Of a DNA stretch of 58,963 bases, positions 8,525 through 18,479 are shown piece by piece. The stretch covers positions 1 to 58,963 of the forward strand of contig JALGVE010000001.1 of the NCBI GenBank assembly GCA_029820045.1, in the 5' to 3' direction. This stretch comes from Candidatus Zipacnadia bacterium (GTDB lineage: Bacteria > Armatimonadota > Zipacnadia > Zipacnadales > UBA5352). The translations under genes and the position numbers were made by a program. The stretch's first letter is position 1; every line of letters starts with the position of its first letter. The notes beneath the pieces are model-generated. The model saw only the letters and a program-made list of their open reading frames with translations, searched no databases and was not told where the DNA came from.

Positions 8525-8968
8525 ATGCCACCGTTCGACGATGAGGACATACGCTGGCTGCTGAGTACGCTCGAGTCGGAGAGACTGGCGGAGATCGAGG
8601 TCTCCCAGGGCGAGATGCGGGCGCTCGTGCGCGCGCCCGAGACCGTGGCCCCGGTCATCATCGAGGCCTCCCCGGATAGCGCAGGGGAAGGGGATGACCC
8701 GCCGGGCACCTCAGTGCTGGCGCCGATGGCCGGCATATTCTACCTGACTCCCGCGCCGGACACCGCTCCCTTTGTCGAGGAGGGTGATCGTGTTGAGCGC
8801 GGCGAGGTCGTCGGACTCATTGAGGCGATGAAGCTCTTCAACGAGGTTAACTCCCCCGTGGCGGGGATCATCACGAAGATCGCAGTGTGCAACGAGGACC
8901 GGGTAGCGGCGGGCGAGCCGCTCATGTGGGTCCAGCCGGACGGGGACGACAGCAACGCTGAGGAGTGA
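8525..8968 (+). CDS. accB: Biotin carboxyl carrier protein-like (biotinyl domain) protein
   Basis: 147 aa. Pro/Ala-rich linker, then the biotinyl-lysine motif EAMKLFNEV. Confidence 0.75.
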   Translation: MPPFDDEDIRWLLSTLESERLAEIEVSQGEMRALVRAPETVAPVIIEASPDSAGEGDDPPGTSVLAPMAGIFYLTPAPDTAPFVEEGDRVERGEVVGLIEAMKLFNEVNSPVAGIITKIAVCNEDRVAAGEPLMWVQPDGDDSNAEE

Positions 8969-8992
8969 GCAGTCTCTGGAAAGGGAGCAGTC

Positions 8993-10282
8993 ATGGCGCG
9001 AGACGAGGTGCGAGTAGGGATTCTTGGCCTCGGCGTAGTGGGCGCGGGCTTGTTCCAGATACTCCGGGACAACAGTGCGGGCATCAAGCAGCGAGTCGGT
9101 GTGCCACTCACCGTCGCCCGCATCGCCGACATTGACTGGGACCGCGAGCGGGACGTGCAGGTGCCAGAGGAGCTGCGCACCACGGACGCGGCCGAGGTCT
9201 ACGCCGCCGATGACATTGACATCGTGGTGGAGACCATCGGCGGGACCTCCCCGGCGCTTCAGTTCGTGCTCGGCGCCATCGAAGCAGGCAAGAGCGTCGT
9301 CACCTCCAACAAGGAGCTCATGGCCAAGCACGGCGCCGAGATTCTGGACGCCGCCGCTCTCAAGGGAGTGGACGTGGAGTTCGAGGGCGCGGTCGGGGGC
9401 ACCATCCCCATCATCCGCGCGCTCAAGGAGAGCCTGGAGGCGAACCGCATCCAGGAAATCGTCGGCATCCTCAACGGCACGACCAACTACATCCTGACCC
9501 GGATGAGTGAGGAGGGCGCGGCCTACGAGGAAGTGTTGGCCGACGCGCAGGGCCTCGGCTACGCCGAGGCCGACCCCACCAACGACGTCGAGGGCATTGA
9601 CCCCATGTACAAGATCGCCATCCTCTCTGCCATCGCCTTCGGCGGGCGCGTCAATATCGAAGACATATACACCGAGGGCATCACGAAGATCGCGCCCGTT
9701 GACATCGAGTACGCTGAGGAGATGGGCTACGCGATAAAGCTGCTGGCGGTGGCGAAGCGCGCCGGCGAGCAGACTGAGGTGCGAGTGCATCCCGCGTTGG
9801 TACCCGAGGACCATCCGCTGGCTTCGGTCAACGGCGTGTTTAATGCGGTCTGGGTGGTCGGTGACGCGTGTGATCAGGTGATGCTCTACGGGCGCGGCGC
9901 CGGTGGCCTGCCCACGGGCAGCGCGGTGGCCGGTGACGTGATTGACTGTGCCCGCAACATCCTGACCGGCGCCAGTGCGCGAGTGCCGTGCACCTGTGAG
10001 GGCGAGCTTAACATCAGGCCCATCGAAGAGGTCGCCATGCGCACTTACGTGCGCATGAGAGTCCAGGACCGCCCCGGCGTGCTTGGTACCATCGCCACCA
10101 TCCTCGGCCAGGAGGGCGTGTCCATCCACTCGGTCGTGCAGCGCGCCGGCATTGACGACCTCGCCGAAATCGTGTGGATCATGCACGAGGGCCTGGAGCG
10201 CAACCTGCAGTCGGCCCTCGGCGCCGTCAGACAGCTTGGCATCGTTGACTCGGTATGCAGCGTCATCCGGGTGGTGGAGTGA
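8993..10282 (+). CDS. hom: Homoserine dehydrogenase
   Basis: N-terminal VGILGLGVVGAG NAD-binding loop, conserved core (NGTTNYIL, GYAEADP) and a C-terminal ACT-like region. Confidence 0.9.
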   Translation: MARDEVRVGILGLGVVGAGLFQILRDNSAGIKQRVGVPLTVARIADIDWDRERDVQVPEELRTTDAAEVYAADDIDIVVETIGGTSPALQFVLGAIEAGKSVVTSNKELMAKHGAEILDAAALKGVDVEFEGAVGGTIPIIRALKESLEANRIQEIVGILNGTTNYILTRMSEEGAAYEEVLADAQGLGYAEADPTNDVEGIDPMYKIAILSAIAFGGRVNIEDIYTEGITKIAPVDIEYAEEMGYAIKLLAVAKRAGEQTEVRVHPALVPEDHPLASVNGVFNAVWVVGDACDQVMLYGRGAGGLPTGSAVAGDVIDCARNILTGASARVPCTCEGELNIRPIEEVAMRTYVRMRVQDRPGVLGTIATILGQEGVSIHSVVQRAGIDDLAEIVWIMHEGLERNLQSALGAVRQLGIVDSVCSVIRVVE

Positions 10283-11361
10283 TGAGCGTGGAGGTTGGGG
10301 CTCAGGCCTGGCCGGGGGTCATTGAGCATTACGCACGGTTCCTGCCGGTGTCCGAGGCGACGCCGCGCATAACCCTGCTGGAGGGCAACACGCCGCTGAT
10401 ACCGAGCGTCAAGGTCGGGCCCCGGCTGGGCGTCGGCGTTCGGCTGTTCTTCAAGTACGAGGGCCTGAACCCGACCGCATCCTTCAAGGACCGCGGCATG
10501 ACCATGGCGGTGTCGAAGGCCGTGGAGGAGGGCGCCGAGTGCACCATCTGCGCCTCAACGGGCAACACCTCGGCCTCGGCGGCGGCATACTCAGCCCGCG
10601 CGGGCATACAGTCGGTGGTGCTCATTCCGCATGGCTACGTCGCGCTGGGCAAGCTCGCCCAGGCGCTGGCGTACGGCGCGCGCACCATCGCCGTGGACGG
10701 CGACTTCGACGACTGCCTGCGGCTGGTGCGGGATATCTCCGACAGCTACCCGGTCGTCCTGGTCAACTCCCTGAACCCCTATCGGCTTGAGGGACAGAAG
10801 ACCGCGGCCTTTGAGGTCTGCGACTGGCTGGGCGGCCCGCCGGACTTCCACGCTCTGCCCGTGGGCAATGCCGGGAACATTACCTCCTACTGGATGGGTT
10901 ACTGCGAGTATCGCGAGGCAGGCATCACTGATCGTCGTCCGCGCATGTTGGGCTTCCAGGCGAAGGGAGCGGCGCCGATCGTTCTGGGGCGTCGCGTGGA
11001 CAGGCCCGAGACCCTTGCCACCGCCATCCGCATCGGTAACCCGGCGCGCTGGAAAGAGGCGCAGGCAGCCCTTGATGAAAGCGACGGGATCATCCGCGCC
11101 GTGAGCGACGACGCGATCATCGAGGCCTACCAGGAGCTGGCGAGCGAGGAAGGCATCTTCGTGGAGCCGGCCTCTGCCGCGTCTATCGCGGGGCTGAAGA
11201 GGCTGGCGGCTGAGGGCTTCTTCGAGGGGCGCGAATGCACTGTGGTCGCGACGCTCACCGGCCACGGGCTGAAGGACCCGGACCGGGCGATTGAGGTCGC
11301 CCCTGAGCCGGAGCGGGCGCCGGCGCAGGTTGATGCCATCGTCGAGATGCTCGGACTGTAG
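10282..11361 (+). CDS. thrC: Threonine synthase
   Basis: PLP-lysine motif NPTASFKDRG. The ATG at 10282 overlaps the hom stop. The ORF-track start at 10255 is less likely. Confidence 0.9.
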   Translation: MSVEVGAQAWPGVIEHYARFLPVSEATPRITLLEGNTPLIPSVKVGPRLGVGVRLFFKYEGLNPTASFKDRGMTMAVSKAVEEGAECTICASTGNTSASAAAYSARAGIQSVVLIPHGYVALGKLAQALAYGARTIAVDGDFDDCLRLVRDISDSYPVVLVNSLNPYRLEGQKTAAFEVCDWLGGPPDFHALPVGNAGNITSYWMGYCEYREAGITDRRPRMLGFQAKGAAPIVLGRRVDRPETLATAIRIGNPARWKEAQAALDESDGIIRAVSDDAIIEAYQELASEEGIFVEPASAASIAGLKRLAAEGFFEGRECTVVATLTGHGLKDPDRAIEVAPEPERAPAQVDAIVEMLGL

Positions 11362-11381
11362 ACAAGGAGGCCGGGCGGTAG

Positions 11382-12281
11382 ATGGACACAGGCCCTGAGA
11401 AGGTGGTAATGAGCACGGACCTGCCGGGGGCGATCCGCCGTCGCCAAGGCAAGGTGCGTGACATCTACGAGTACCCGGATGGTCTGCTCATCATCGCCAG
11501 CGACCGCCTCTCCGCCTTCGACGTCGTGATGCCCACAGGTATTCCCGACAAGGGCAAGGTCCTCACGCAGGTCTCCCTGTTCTGGTTCGACAGAATGAAG
11601 GGCATCGTGCCCAACCACCTCATCAGCGACCGGGTGGAGGACTTCCCGGCGGAGGTGCAGGACTACCACGAGGTCCTCGAAGGCAGGACCATGTGGGTGC
11701 GCAAGGCCGAGGTCATCCCGATTGAGTGCGTGGTGCGCGGGTATCTGTCAGGAGCGGCCTGGCGCGCATATCAGAGGGGCGAGAGCTACTGCGGCCACGA
11801 ACTGCCGGCGGGCCTGGTCGAGGCCAGCAAGCTGCCCGAGCCGATCTTCACGCCCACTACCAAGGCCGAAGAGGGCCACGACCTGGAACTGACCCGGGAG
11901 CAATGCTACGAGAGATGGGACGCCGAGACCGTGGACCGGGTGGAGGCGACCTCGCTCCGCATATACGAGGCCGCGGCCAGCCACGCGGCGGAGCATGGCC
12001 TCATCCTGGCGGACACCAAGTTTGAGTTTGGGGTGGTGGACGGCGACCTCCTGCTCGTTGACGAGCTGCTCACGCCGGACTCGTCTCGCTACTGGGAGAG
12101 CGAGCAGTGGGAGCCCGGCAAGCAGCCGGTCGGCTTCGACAAGCAGTACACGCGCGATTACCTCGACGGACTCGACTGGGACAAGACGCCACCCGGGCCG
12201 CCGCTTCCGGGCGAGGTAGTCGCCAAGACGCGGGAGCTTTACCTGGAGCTGATGCGACGCTTGACGGGACGTGAGCCGTGA
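11382..12281 (+). CDS. purC: Phosphoribosylaminoimidazole-succinocarboxamide (SAICAR) synthase
   Basis: GKVRDIYE, SDRLSAFD and LADTKFEFG motifs. Confidence 0.9.
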   Translation: MDTGPEKVVMSTDLPGAIRRRQGKVRDIYEYPDGLLIIASDRLSAFDVVMPTGIPDKGKVLTQVSLFWFDRMKGIVPNHLISDRVEDFPAEVQDYHEVLEGRTMWVRKAEVIPIECVVRGYLSGAAWRAYQRGESYCGHELPAGLVEASKLPEPIFTPTTKAEEGHDLELTREQCYERWDAETVDRVEATSLRIYEAAASHAAEHGLILADTKFEFGVVDGDLLLVDELLTPDSSRYWESEQWEPGKQPVGFDKQYTRDYLDGLDWDKTPPGPPLPGEVVAKTRELYLELMRRLTGREP

Positions 12282-12284
12282 ACT

Positions 12285-13730
12285 GTGTTCTGGCACGAAC
12301 AGCACGAGCGGATGACGGTGGCGAACATGGCGGAGCGGGATGTGCTGCACGAGAAGATAGCTCAGGCCTGCGCGCGGTACGGACTTCTTGAGGGCGCGCG
12401 CGGCATCGTGGTTGGTGTGTCGGGAGGGCAGGACTCGGTCGCGCTCCTGCACGCGCTGGTAAGCATGGGGGAGTTCGACCTGAGGGTCGCGGCCGCTCAT
12501 CTGCACCATGGGATGAGGGGCGAGGAGGCGGACGCGGACCAGCAGTACGTGCGCGAGTTATGCGCGCGCCTCGGAGCGGAGTTCTACGCGGAGCGGCGCG
12601 ACATCTACGCGGAGGCCGAGCGCAGCGGGCTGAATGTCGAGGAGGCCGGCCGGCGGGCGCGCTATGAGTTGCTGGAGCGCGTTGCGGCCGAGGGCGACTT
12701 CGACCGCATCGCGACGGCTCACACGGGCACCGATCGCGCGGAGACGCTGCTGCTGAACATGTTCCGCGGGGCCGGCGTGGAGGGTCTGCGTTCGATCCCT
12801 CCCCGTCGCGGCAAGATCGTTCGCCCACTGATTCTGACTACCCGCCAGGAGACCGGCGACTACTGCGAGCGGCATGGCCTGGAGGTGCGGATTGACCGCA
12901 CGAACCTCGAGGCCGACCACGCGCGGCGCAATGTCTTGCGGCTGACTGTGATGCCGCAGATCGCTGAAGTGTTCCCCGGCGTAGAGCGTGCGCTGCTCCG
13001 GGTATGTGAGGCCATCGAGGAGGAGCTGGCCTGGACGCGGCCGCTCATGGAGGATGCTCTTCGCGAGGCCACACTCCAGCGAGATGAGGAGCGCATGGCG
13101 CTCTCGCTCGCGAGGTTGGCTGAGTTATCGCCGGGCAAGCTGCACCGCGTGCTGCGCATGGCGATCGAGCAGGTGCGCGGCGACCTGCGGGATGTGAGCC
13201 GCGAGCGGATCGAGCGGCTGGCGCGAGTAGTTACCGAGGGCGAAACGGGCAAGCAGGTCATGCTTCCGGGTGGCTGGCGCGCCCGGCGCGGGTATAATGA
13301 GATTGCCATCGAACCCGCGCCGGTCGAAGAGACGTTTGAGAAGGAATCGTCCCCGCTCCCTGTACCGGGGACTGCCAGGCTTGAGCGGCGTGGGGTTGAG
13401 GTGAGGGCCGAGCTGGCGCCGGCGCCAGCGCAGTTGAATGGAGCAGACCGGCTAGTTGCACTCATGAACGAGGCAGTCGCCGAGGGGGGCCTGGTGCTGC
13501 GCAGCTCGTGGCCCGGCGAGCGGTTCCAGCCGCTGGGGATGGCCGGGACCAAGAAGCTTCAGGATTTCTTTGTGGACGAAAAGGCGCCGCCTGCGGAACG
13601 GCGGAGAACGCCCGTGGTGGCGGACACAGCCGGGCGGATCCTGTGGGTGGTCGGGTACAGGCTTAGCCATCCCGCCCGGGTGAGCGGCGACGGAAAGCGC
13701 GTGGTGAAGCTGACCGCGCGGTTTGACTAG
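12285..13730 (+). CDS. tilS: tRNA(Ile)-lysidine synthase
   Basis: PP-loop VGVSGGQDS. The length and C-terminal domain are typical of TilS. The start (GTG 12285, ATG 12312 or ATG 12327) is unresolved. Confidence 0.85.
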   Translation: MFWHEQHERMTVANMAERDVLHEKIAQACARYGLLEGARGIVVGVSGGQDSVALLHALVSMGEFDLRVAAAHLHHGMRGEEADADQQYVRELCARLGAEFYAERRDIYAEAERSGLNVEEAGRRARYELLERVAAEGDFDRIATAHTGTDRAETLLLNMFRGAGVEGLRSIPPRRGKIVRPLILTTRQETGDYCERHGLEVRIDRTNLEADHARRNVLRLTVMPQIAEVFPGVERALLRVCEAIEEELAWTRPLMEDALREATLQRDEERMALSLARLAELSPGKLHRVLRMAIEQVRGDLRDVSRERIERLARVVTEGETGKQVMLPGGWRARRGYNEIAIEPAPVEETFEKESSPLPVPGTARLERRGVEVRAELAPAPAQLNGADRLVALMNEAVAEGGLVLRSSWPGERFQPLGMAGTKKLQDFFVDEKAPPAERRRTPVVADTAGRILWVVGYRLSHPARVSGDGKRVVKLTARFD

Positions 13731-13758
13731 TGATGGTGGCGGGTCAAGGAGGATACTG

Positions 13759-15723
13759 ATGCGACGCAACACGCTTGTTACTCTGCTGGTGATCGGTGCG
13801 CTGGCCTATGCCTTCTACGTGATCCCGAAGCTGGGGACCGAGCAGCAGCAGGTTAAGCAATACGAGTACTACACCGATTTCCTGAAGGCCTTCGATGCGG
13901 GCAAGATCGCCACTGTGAACATCGTCGCCTCGCAGTTCGCGGAAGGGGACTTCAAGAAAGGCGCCGAGGGCAAGTACACGAAGTTCAGGGCGCAGGTGCC
14001 GCCTGATCAGGAACTCGTTCACAAGCTGGTCGCCCGCAAGAATGAGAGGAAGCTGGATGTCAAAATCGGCGTCCCCAGCACCTCACCGCTCGAGAGGGTC
14101 ATGACGCTCGCGGGCACCTGGATCGTTCCGCTGGTGCTGCTCGTCTTCGTGTGGGTCCTGATGATGAGGTACCTGAATAACTCGCGTGGGCAGGCGCTGT
14201 CGTTCGGACGCAGCCAGGCGAAGATGCTGGCGGATCACATGCCCAAGGTGACCTTCGACGATGTCGCGGGGATGGAGGAGGTCAAGGAGGAACTTGAGGA
14301 GGTAGTCGAGTTCCTGAAGAAGCCTGAGCGTTTCCGCAAGCTTGGCGCTACGATCCCGCGAGGCGTGCTGCTGGTCGGACCGCCCGGCTGTGGCAAGACC
14401 CTGCTCGCGCGGGCAGTGGCGGGTGAAGCCGGCGTCTCGTTCTTCTACATCTCCGGCTCGGACTTCGTGGAGATGTTCGTGGGCGTCGGGGCCTCGCGCG
14501 TGCGCGACCTCTTCCAGCAGGCCAAGATGCACCTGCCGGCGATCGTCTTCATTGACGAGCTGGATGCCGTCGGCCGCCTGCGCGGCGCCGGCTTAGGTGG
14601 AGGTCACGATGAGCGCGAGCAGACCCTGAACGCGCTGCTGGTGGAGATGGACGGCTTCGACCCTAACGACGACGTCATCCTGCTGGCGGCGACCAACCGG
14701 CCGGACGTTCTCGATCCGGCGCTGCTGCGTCCCGGCCGCTTCGATCGGCGAGTGGTCGTGCCGCTGCCTGACATCAACGAGCGCAAGGACATATTCGAGA
14801 TTTACGTCAGGGACAAGCCGGTCACTGATGACGTGGACGTAGCTGTTCTGGCGCGGCAAACCGTAGGGTTTTCCGGGGCGGACATCGAGAACGTCGCCAA
14901 CGAGGCGGCGCTCCTGGCCGGTCGCAAGAACATGACGGAGATAGGTAGGCTTGAGTTCGACGAGGCGATCGAGCGCGTCATCGCCGGCCCTGAGCGCAAG
15001 AGCCGGATCGTGAGCGACGAGGACCGCAAGGTCCTCGCCTACCACGAGGCGGGCCATGCCTTGCTCGGGTACCTGCTGCCGAACTTCGATGCGGTCTACA
15101 AGGTGACCATCCTGCCACGGGGCATGAGCCTGGGATACACCATCAGCATGCCCGAGGACGACCGCTACATCATGGGCAAGCAGGAGATACTCGACCGCAT
15201 CGTTCAGCACTTGGGCGGACGCGCGGCCGAAGAGTTGGTCCTGGGCGAGTTTCACACCGGCGCCCATCATGACCTGGAGGTCGTATCGCAGATCGCCCGG
15301 CAGATGGTCTGTGAATACGGTATGAGCGAGAAGCTGGGCCCCATCACCTATGGCAGGAAGGTCGGCCCGGTTTTCCTGGCAAAGGAGCTGGCGGAGGAGC
15401 GCAACTACTCGGAGGCCGTGGCCGCGCAGATTGACGAGAGCGTCCGGAAGATCGTTGACGAGAGCTACGATCGGGCCACGACTATGCTCACCGAGAACCG
15501 CGAGGCCCTCGACCGCCTGGTCGAGTACCTGCTGGAGCGAGAGACGCTCAACCAGTCCGAGGTTGAGGCGATCATCGAGACCGGCCAGCTTCCCGAAAAG
15601 GATGCGGACGAACAGGAGCCGGAGGCTGAAGCGGAGGAGGGCGCCGAGGGGGCGCCATCTGGTCAGGTGCAGCCGCGCCGCGGCGCCGTGCCACCCGCCC
15701 TGCCCGACCTGCAGACGCCGTGA
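13759..15723 (+). CDS. ftsH: ATP-dependent zinc metalloprotease FtsH
   Basis: AAGGAGG RBS before the ATG at 13759. N-terminal TM segments, Walker [12 protein letters not shown], Walker [10 protein letters not shown] and zinc motif HEAGHAL. Confidence 0.95.
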   Translation: MRRNTLVTLLVIGALAYAFYVIPKLGTEQQQVKQYEYYTDFLKAFDAGKIATVNIVASQFAEGDFKKGAEGKYTKFRAQVPPDQELVHKLVARKNERKLDVKIGVPSTSPLERVMTLAGTWIVPLVLLVFVWVLMMRYLNNSRGQALSFGRSQAKMLADHMPKVTFDDVAGMEEVKEELEEVVEFLKKPERFRKLGATIPRGVLLVGPPGCGKTLLARAVAGEAGVSFFYISGSDFVEMFVGVGASRVRDLFQQAKMHLPAIVFIDELDAVGRLRGAGLGGGHDEREQTLNALLVEMDGFDPNDDVILLAATNRPDVLDPALLRPGRFDRRVVVPLPDINERKDIFEIYVRDKPVTDDVDVAVLARQTVGFSGADIENVANEAALLAGRKNMTEIGRLEFDEAIERVIAGPERKSRIVSDEDRKVLAYHEAGHALLGYLLPNFDAVYKVTILPRGMSLGYTISMPEDDRYIMGKQEILDRIVQHLGGRAAEELVLGEFHTGAHHDLEVVSQIARQMVCEYGMSEKLGPITYGRKVGPVFLAKELAEERNYSEAVAAQIDESVRKIVDESYDRATTMLTENREALDRLVEYLLERETLNQSEVEAIIETGQLPEKDADEQEPEAEAEEGAEGAPSGQVQPRRGAVPPALPDLQTP

Positions 15724-15726
15724 GCG

Positions 15727-16320
15727 GTGGCTCCACCTGAGGGGAGGCGCAAGCACTTGGCCCTTGCAGCCGAGAGCTCGAGTTCGACCCGCAGATGGCT
15801 CTGCTACCTGGGACTCGGCTCGAACCTGGGCGCCAAGGCCCACAACCTGGCGGCGGCGCTCTCGCTGCTGGCTCGCGATCCCGGGCTGACCCTCAGGCGC
15901 GTCTCGTCGGTCTATCTCACCCAGCCCGTCGGGTTGACCGACCAGCCCGATTTCCTCAATCTCGTGTCATGCTTCGAGACCACGCTGCCTCCGGAAGCGC
16001 TGCTGGAGGTGGTCCTCTCAGTTGAGGAGCGGCTCGGGCGGGTGCGCACCACGCGCTGGGGGCCGCGCACGGTGGACGTGGACATACTCCTGATTGACAC
16101 CCTTCAGATCTCCAGGCCGGAGCTGACGGTGCCCCACCCGCGCATGCGAGAGCGACAGTTCGTACTCGTGCCGCTAGCCGAGATCGCTCCCGACGTGGAG
16201 TTGCCAGACGGCGTGCCGATACGCGACCTGGCAGAGGGCGAGAGCCAGTCCGTGCGCAGGTTGGGGAAGTTGGCGGACGTGGTGTCGCACGAGCCGGAAA
16301 GCGGGGAGGCTGACGGGTAG
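15727..16320 (+). CDS. folK: 2-amino-4-hydroxy-6-hydroxymethyldihydropteridine pyrophosphokinase
   Basis: LGLGSNLG...QPDFLN...EERLGRVR..WGPRTVDVDIL pattern typical of HPPK. The start is uncertain. Confidence 0.8.
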   Translation: MAPPEGRRKHLALAAESSSSTRRWLCYLGLGSNLGAKAHNLAAALSLLARDPGLTLRRVSSVYLTQPVGLTDQPDFLNLVSCFETTLPPEALLEVVLSVEERLGRVRTTRWGPRTVDVDILLIDTLQISRPELTVPHPRMRERQFVLVPLAEIAPDVELPDGVPIRDLAEGESQSVRRLGKLADVVSHEPESGEADG

Positions 16321-16321
16321 C

Positions 16322-17332
16322 ATGTTCGGCGCGGCTCAGGCGCGACTGAAATCCGAGGTCTTCAGCGAGCTGGCGACGATGGTGGGCGCCGGCGTCAGCA
16401 TCGGGGAATCCCTGAGCGCAGTTGCGGAGGACATGGAGCACGGGCAGATGGCGAGCGTGCTGAGCGAGATGGGGATGCAGGTTTCCTCCGGCTCCAGCCT
16501 CACCGACGCGATGCGCCGCCATCCGAAGCTCTTTCGCCCCGTGACCGTCTCGATGATTGAGGTGGGGGAAGAGGGCGGCCGCCTGGAGAACGCTCTGAAG
16601 AGCGCTGCCGACTACCATGAGCGGGACTTCGAGCTACGCCACCTGCTCACCCGCGAGACCGCCTATCCCATCATCCTGTTCGCTGTCATCATCTTCATCT
16701 GGCCCGTTGCGAACTTCATCAGAATCTGGCTCACGGACAGCTTCTTCCCTGCGCTTCTCGGACTGCTGCTGACGCTGCTGCTCATGTTCGTCTTCATCGT
16801 CATCCCGCTCGGCGGGTTGGTTCTCGCCCTGCGGGCCTACTCGCGGACCGAGCAGGGACGCGGCGCTCTTGAGAGGCTGGAGCTGAAGATACCGATCATC
16901 GGCAATGTGATCTCCAAGCTGTCCCTGGCGAGGTTCTGCCGGGCGCTGGCCTCGCTCTACTCCTCCGGCGTGTTTATGGGCAACTCGCTGCGGCTGGCGG
17001 CTGAGGCCTGCGGCAACCGGGCCATCGAGACCGAACTAGCCGCCGGCGTCGCCGAAGTTGAGGGCGGCGGCAAGCTCTCCGAGGCGTTGGAGGCGTCCCC
17101 GCTGATCCCCAGGATGGTCGTGCGCATGTTGCGCACGGGGGAGGACACGGGCGAGGTTGACCAGATGGCGCATCGGGTTGCGGACCATTTCGAGGAGGAG
17201 GCTCAGACCGCCATCAAGCAGATGGCTGTCAGCGTCACGCCCCTTGCGGTCCTCATCGCCGGCGTCATCGTCTTGCTCATGGCGATCAGCTTCTATACAG
17301 GCGCCTATCCGGGGCTGCTTGACTTGAAGTAG
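16322..17332 (+). CDS. Type II secretion/type IV pilus platform protein F (GspF/PilC)-like, orphan
   Basis: 336 aa with two GspF-type repeats and three hydrophobic segments. No GspE/PilB ATPase or pilin gene is present in the window. Confidence 0.65.
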   Translation: MFGAAQARLKSEVFSELATMVGAGVSIGESLSAVAEDMEHGQMASVLSEMGMQVSSGSSLTDAMRRHPKLFRPVTVSMIEVGEEGGRLENALKSAADYHERDFELRHLLTRETAYPIILFAVIIFIWPVANFIRIWLTDSFFPALLGLLLTLLLMFVFIVIPLGGLVLALRAYSRTEQGRGALERLELKIPIIGNVISKLSLARFCRALASLYSSGVFMGNSLRLAAEACGNRAIETELAAGVAEVEGGGKLSEALEASPLIPRMVVRMLRTGEDTGEVDQMAHRVADHFEEEAQTAIKQMAVSVTPLAVLIAGVIVLLMAISFYTGAYPGLLDLK

Positions 17333-17356
17333 CCGGACCGCTGGCGGTGACCTGGC

Positions 17357-18379
17357 ATGGCCCGAGAGACCTTCGATCCCTATCGTATGCTGGGGCTGCC
17401 CGTTGGCGCCGACAAGAAAGAGATTCGCAGGCGCTACCGGCAGCTTGCGCGTAAGCTGCACCCCGACGTGCGGCGCGAGTCCGAGAAGGCCCACGACCAG
17501 TTCATCGAACTCCGGCGCGCCTACGAGATGTTGATGGACGACGACATGCGCCAGCGCCTGGAGGAGCAGGCCTTGAGCGCGGCGGTCGAAGACCTGACCG
17601 TGGTAGATGACTTCGAGGCGGAGTTGGAGCGGGCTGAGGACCTGACGGAGCGCGGCTACTACGCGGAAGCGAAGGGCCTCTGTGCCGACCTGCTGCGTGC
17701 GCGGCCAGCGGAACCTCGGGTCTTCGACCTGCTGGCGGGCATCTACGATATTGAGGGTAACGATCTGCTCCAGAAACGCATGGAGCAGGAGGCCGAGCGA
17801 CTGCGCCGAGGTCGGGCGGAGCGCGTGGCCCAACGCATGGGCGCCTACCGCGACCTCTGGCAACCGGAGCCGATTCAGAAGCGCCCGGTGGTGCTGATGG
17901 TCGGTGCGTTGGCGGTGGCAGGTTGCGTGCTCGCAGTGCGGTTAGGCTCTGCTGAGCCGGTCATCTCGGAGTTCTCGCTGACCGAGATAGCGGCGGGCAT
18001 CGCGGCGGCGTTGATCGGGTCTTTTTGCGCAGTTGCGGGAGGGTTGCTGGGCTCCTTCGACGAAGAGGTCGGGGTGATGGTGTCTGAGGGGAGCCAGGTG
18101 ACCGCGCCGATGTGGCTCTATCTCATGGCCGCCGGCGTGGTCTCGGTAGGCCTGGCGCTCATCTTCTACCTGATCTTCACGCTGCTTGAGAGCGGCTTCT
18201 CGCGGGATGTGCTGGGGTTCTTCGCGGGCGTGATCGCGCTGACGTTCCTCATGGCCTGGGCGCACGCGGGCGCGTTGGCGCTGGTGCTGCTCTTCGGCGG
18301 GAACCTGATGTTCCTTTCGGCTCTGATTGGCTGGGCGCTCGGCTCCCCGCTGCGCCCGGGGCAGTGGTGGCAGAAGTAA
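17357..18379 (+). CDS. J-domain (DnaJ-like) protein with a polytopic membrane C-terminus
   Basis: J-domain DPYRMLGLPVGADKKEIRRRYRQLARKLHPD, a helical middle region and at least 4 hydrophobic helices at the C-terminus. Confidence 0.75.
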   Translation: MARETFDPYRMLGLPVGADKKEIRRRYRQLARKLHPDVRRESEKAHDQFIELRRAYEMLMDDDMRQRLEEQALSAAVEDLTVVDDFEAELERAEDLTERGYYAEAKGLCADLLRARPAEPRVFDLLAGIYDIEGNDLLQKRMEQEAERLRRGRAERVAQRMGAYRDLWQPEPIQKRPVVLMVGALAVAGCVLAVRLGSAEPVISEFSLTEIAAGIAAALIGSFCAVAGGLLGSFDEEVGVMVSEGSQVTAPMWLYLMAAGVVSVGLALIFYLIFTLLESGFSRDVLGFFAGVIALTFLMAWAHAGALALVLLFGGNLMFLSALIGWALGSPLRPGQWWQK

Positions 18380-18479
18380 GGTACAGGCACGCAGTATTAC
18401 CGTTCGTGGCAGGGGCTGCTTGCCGGCCGAAGCCTTGGCGAAGGTAGGCCCCCGCTACAATGGAGGGCGCGTGTCACTG

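Noticed and set aside
18327-18479. Upstream extension of panC overlapping the J-domain gene. Similar long ORF-track starts occur for ftsH (13723), thrC (10255), the DUF4838-like gene (40257), the heparinase-like gene (23051), the 1417-aa gene (25845), the 1113-aa gene (48190) and the transaldolase-like gene (58837).
   Set aside because: In each case an internal ATG with a better-placed RBS gives a signal peptide or the family-typical N-terminus. The extensions are Arg-rich and overlap neighbouring genes or promoters.
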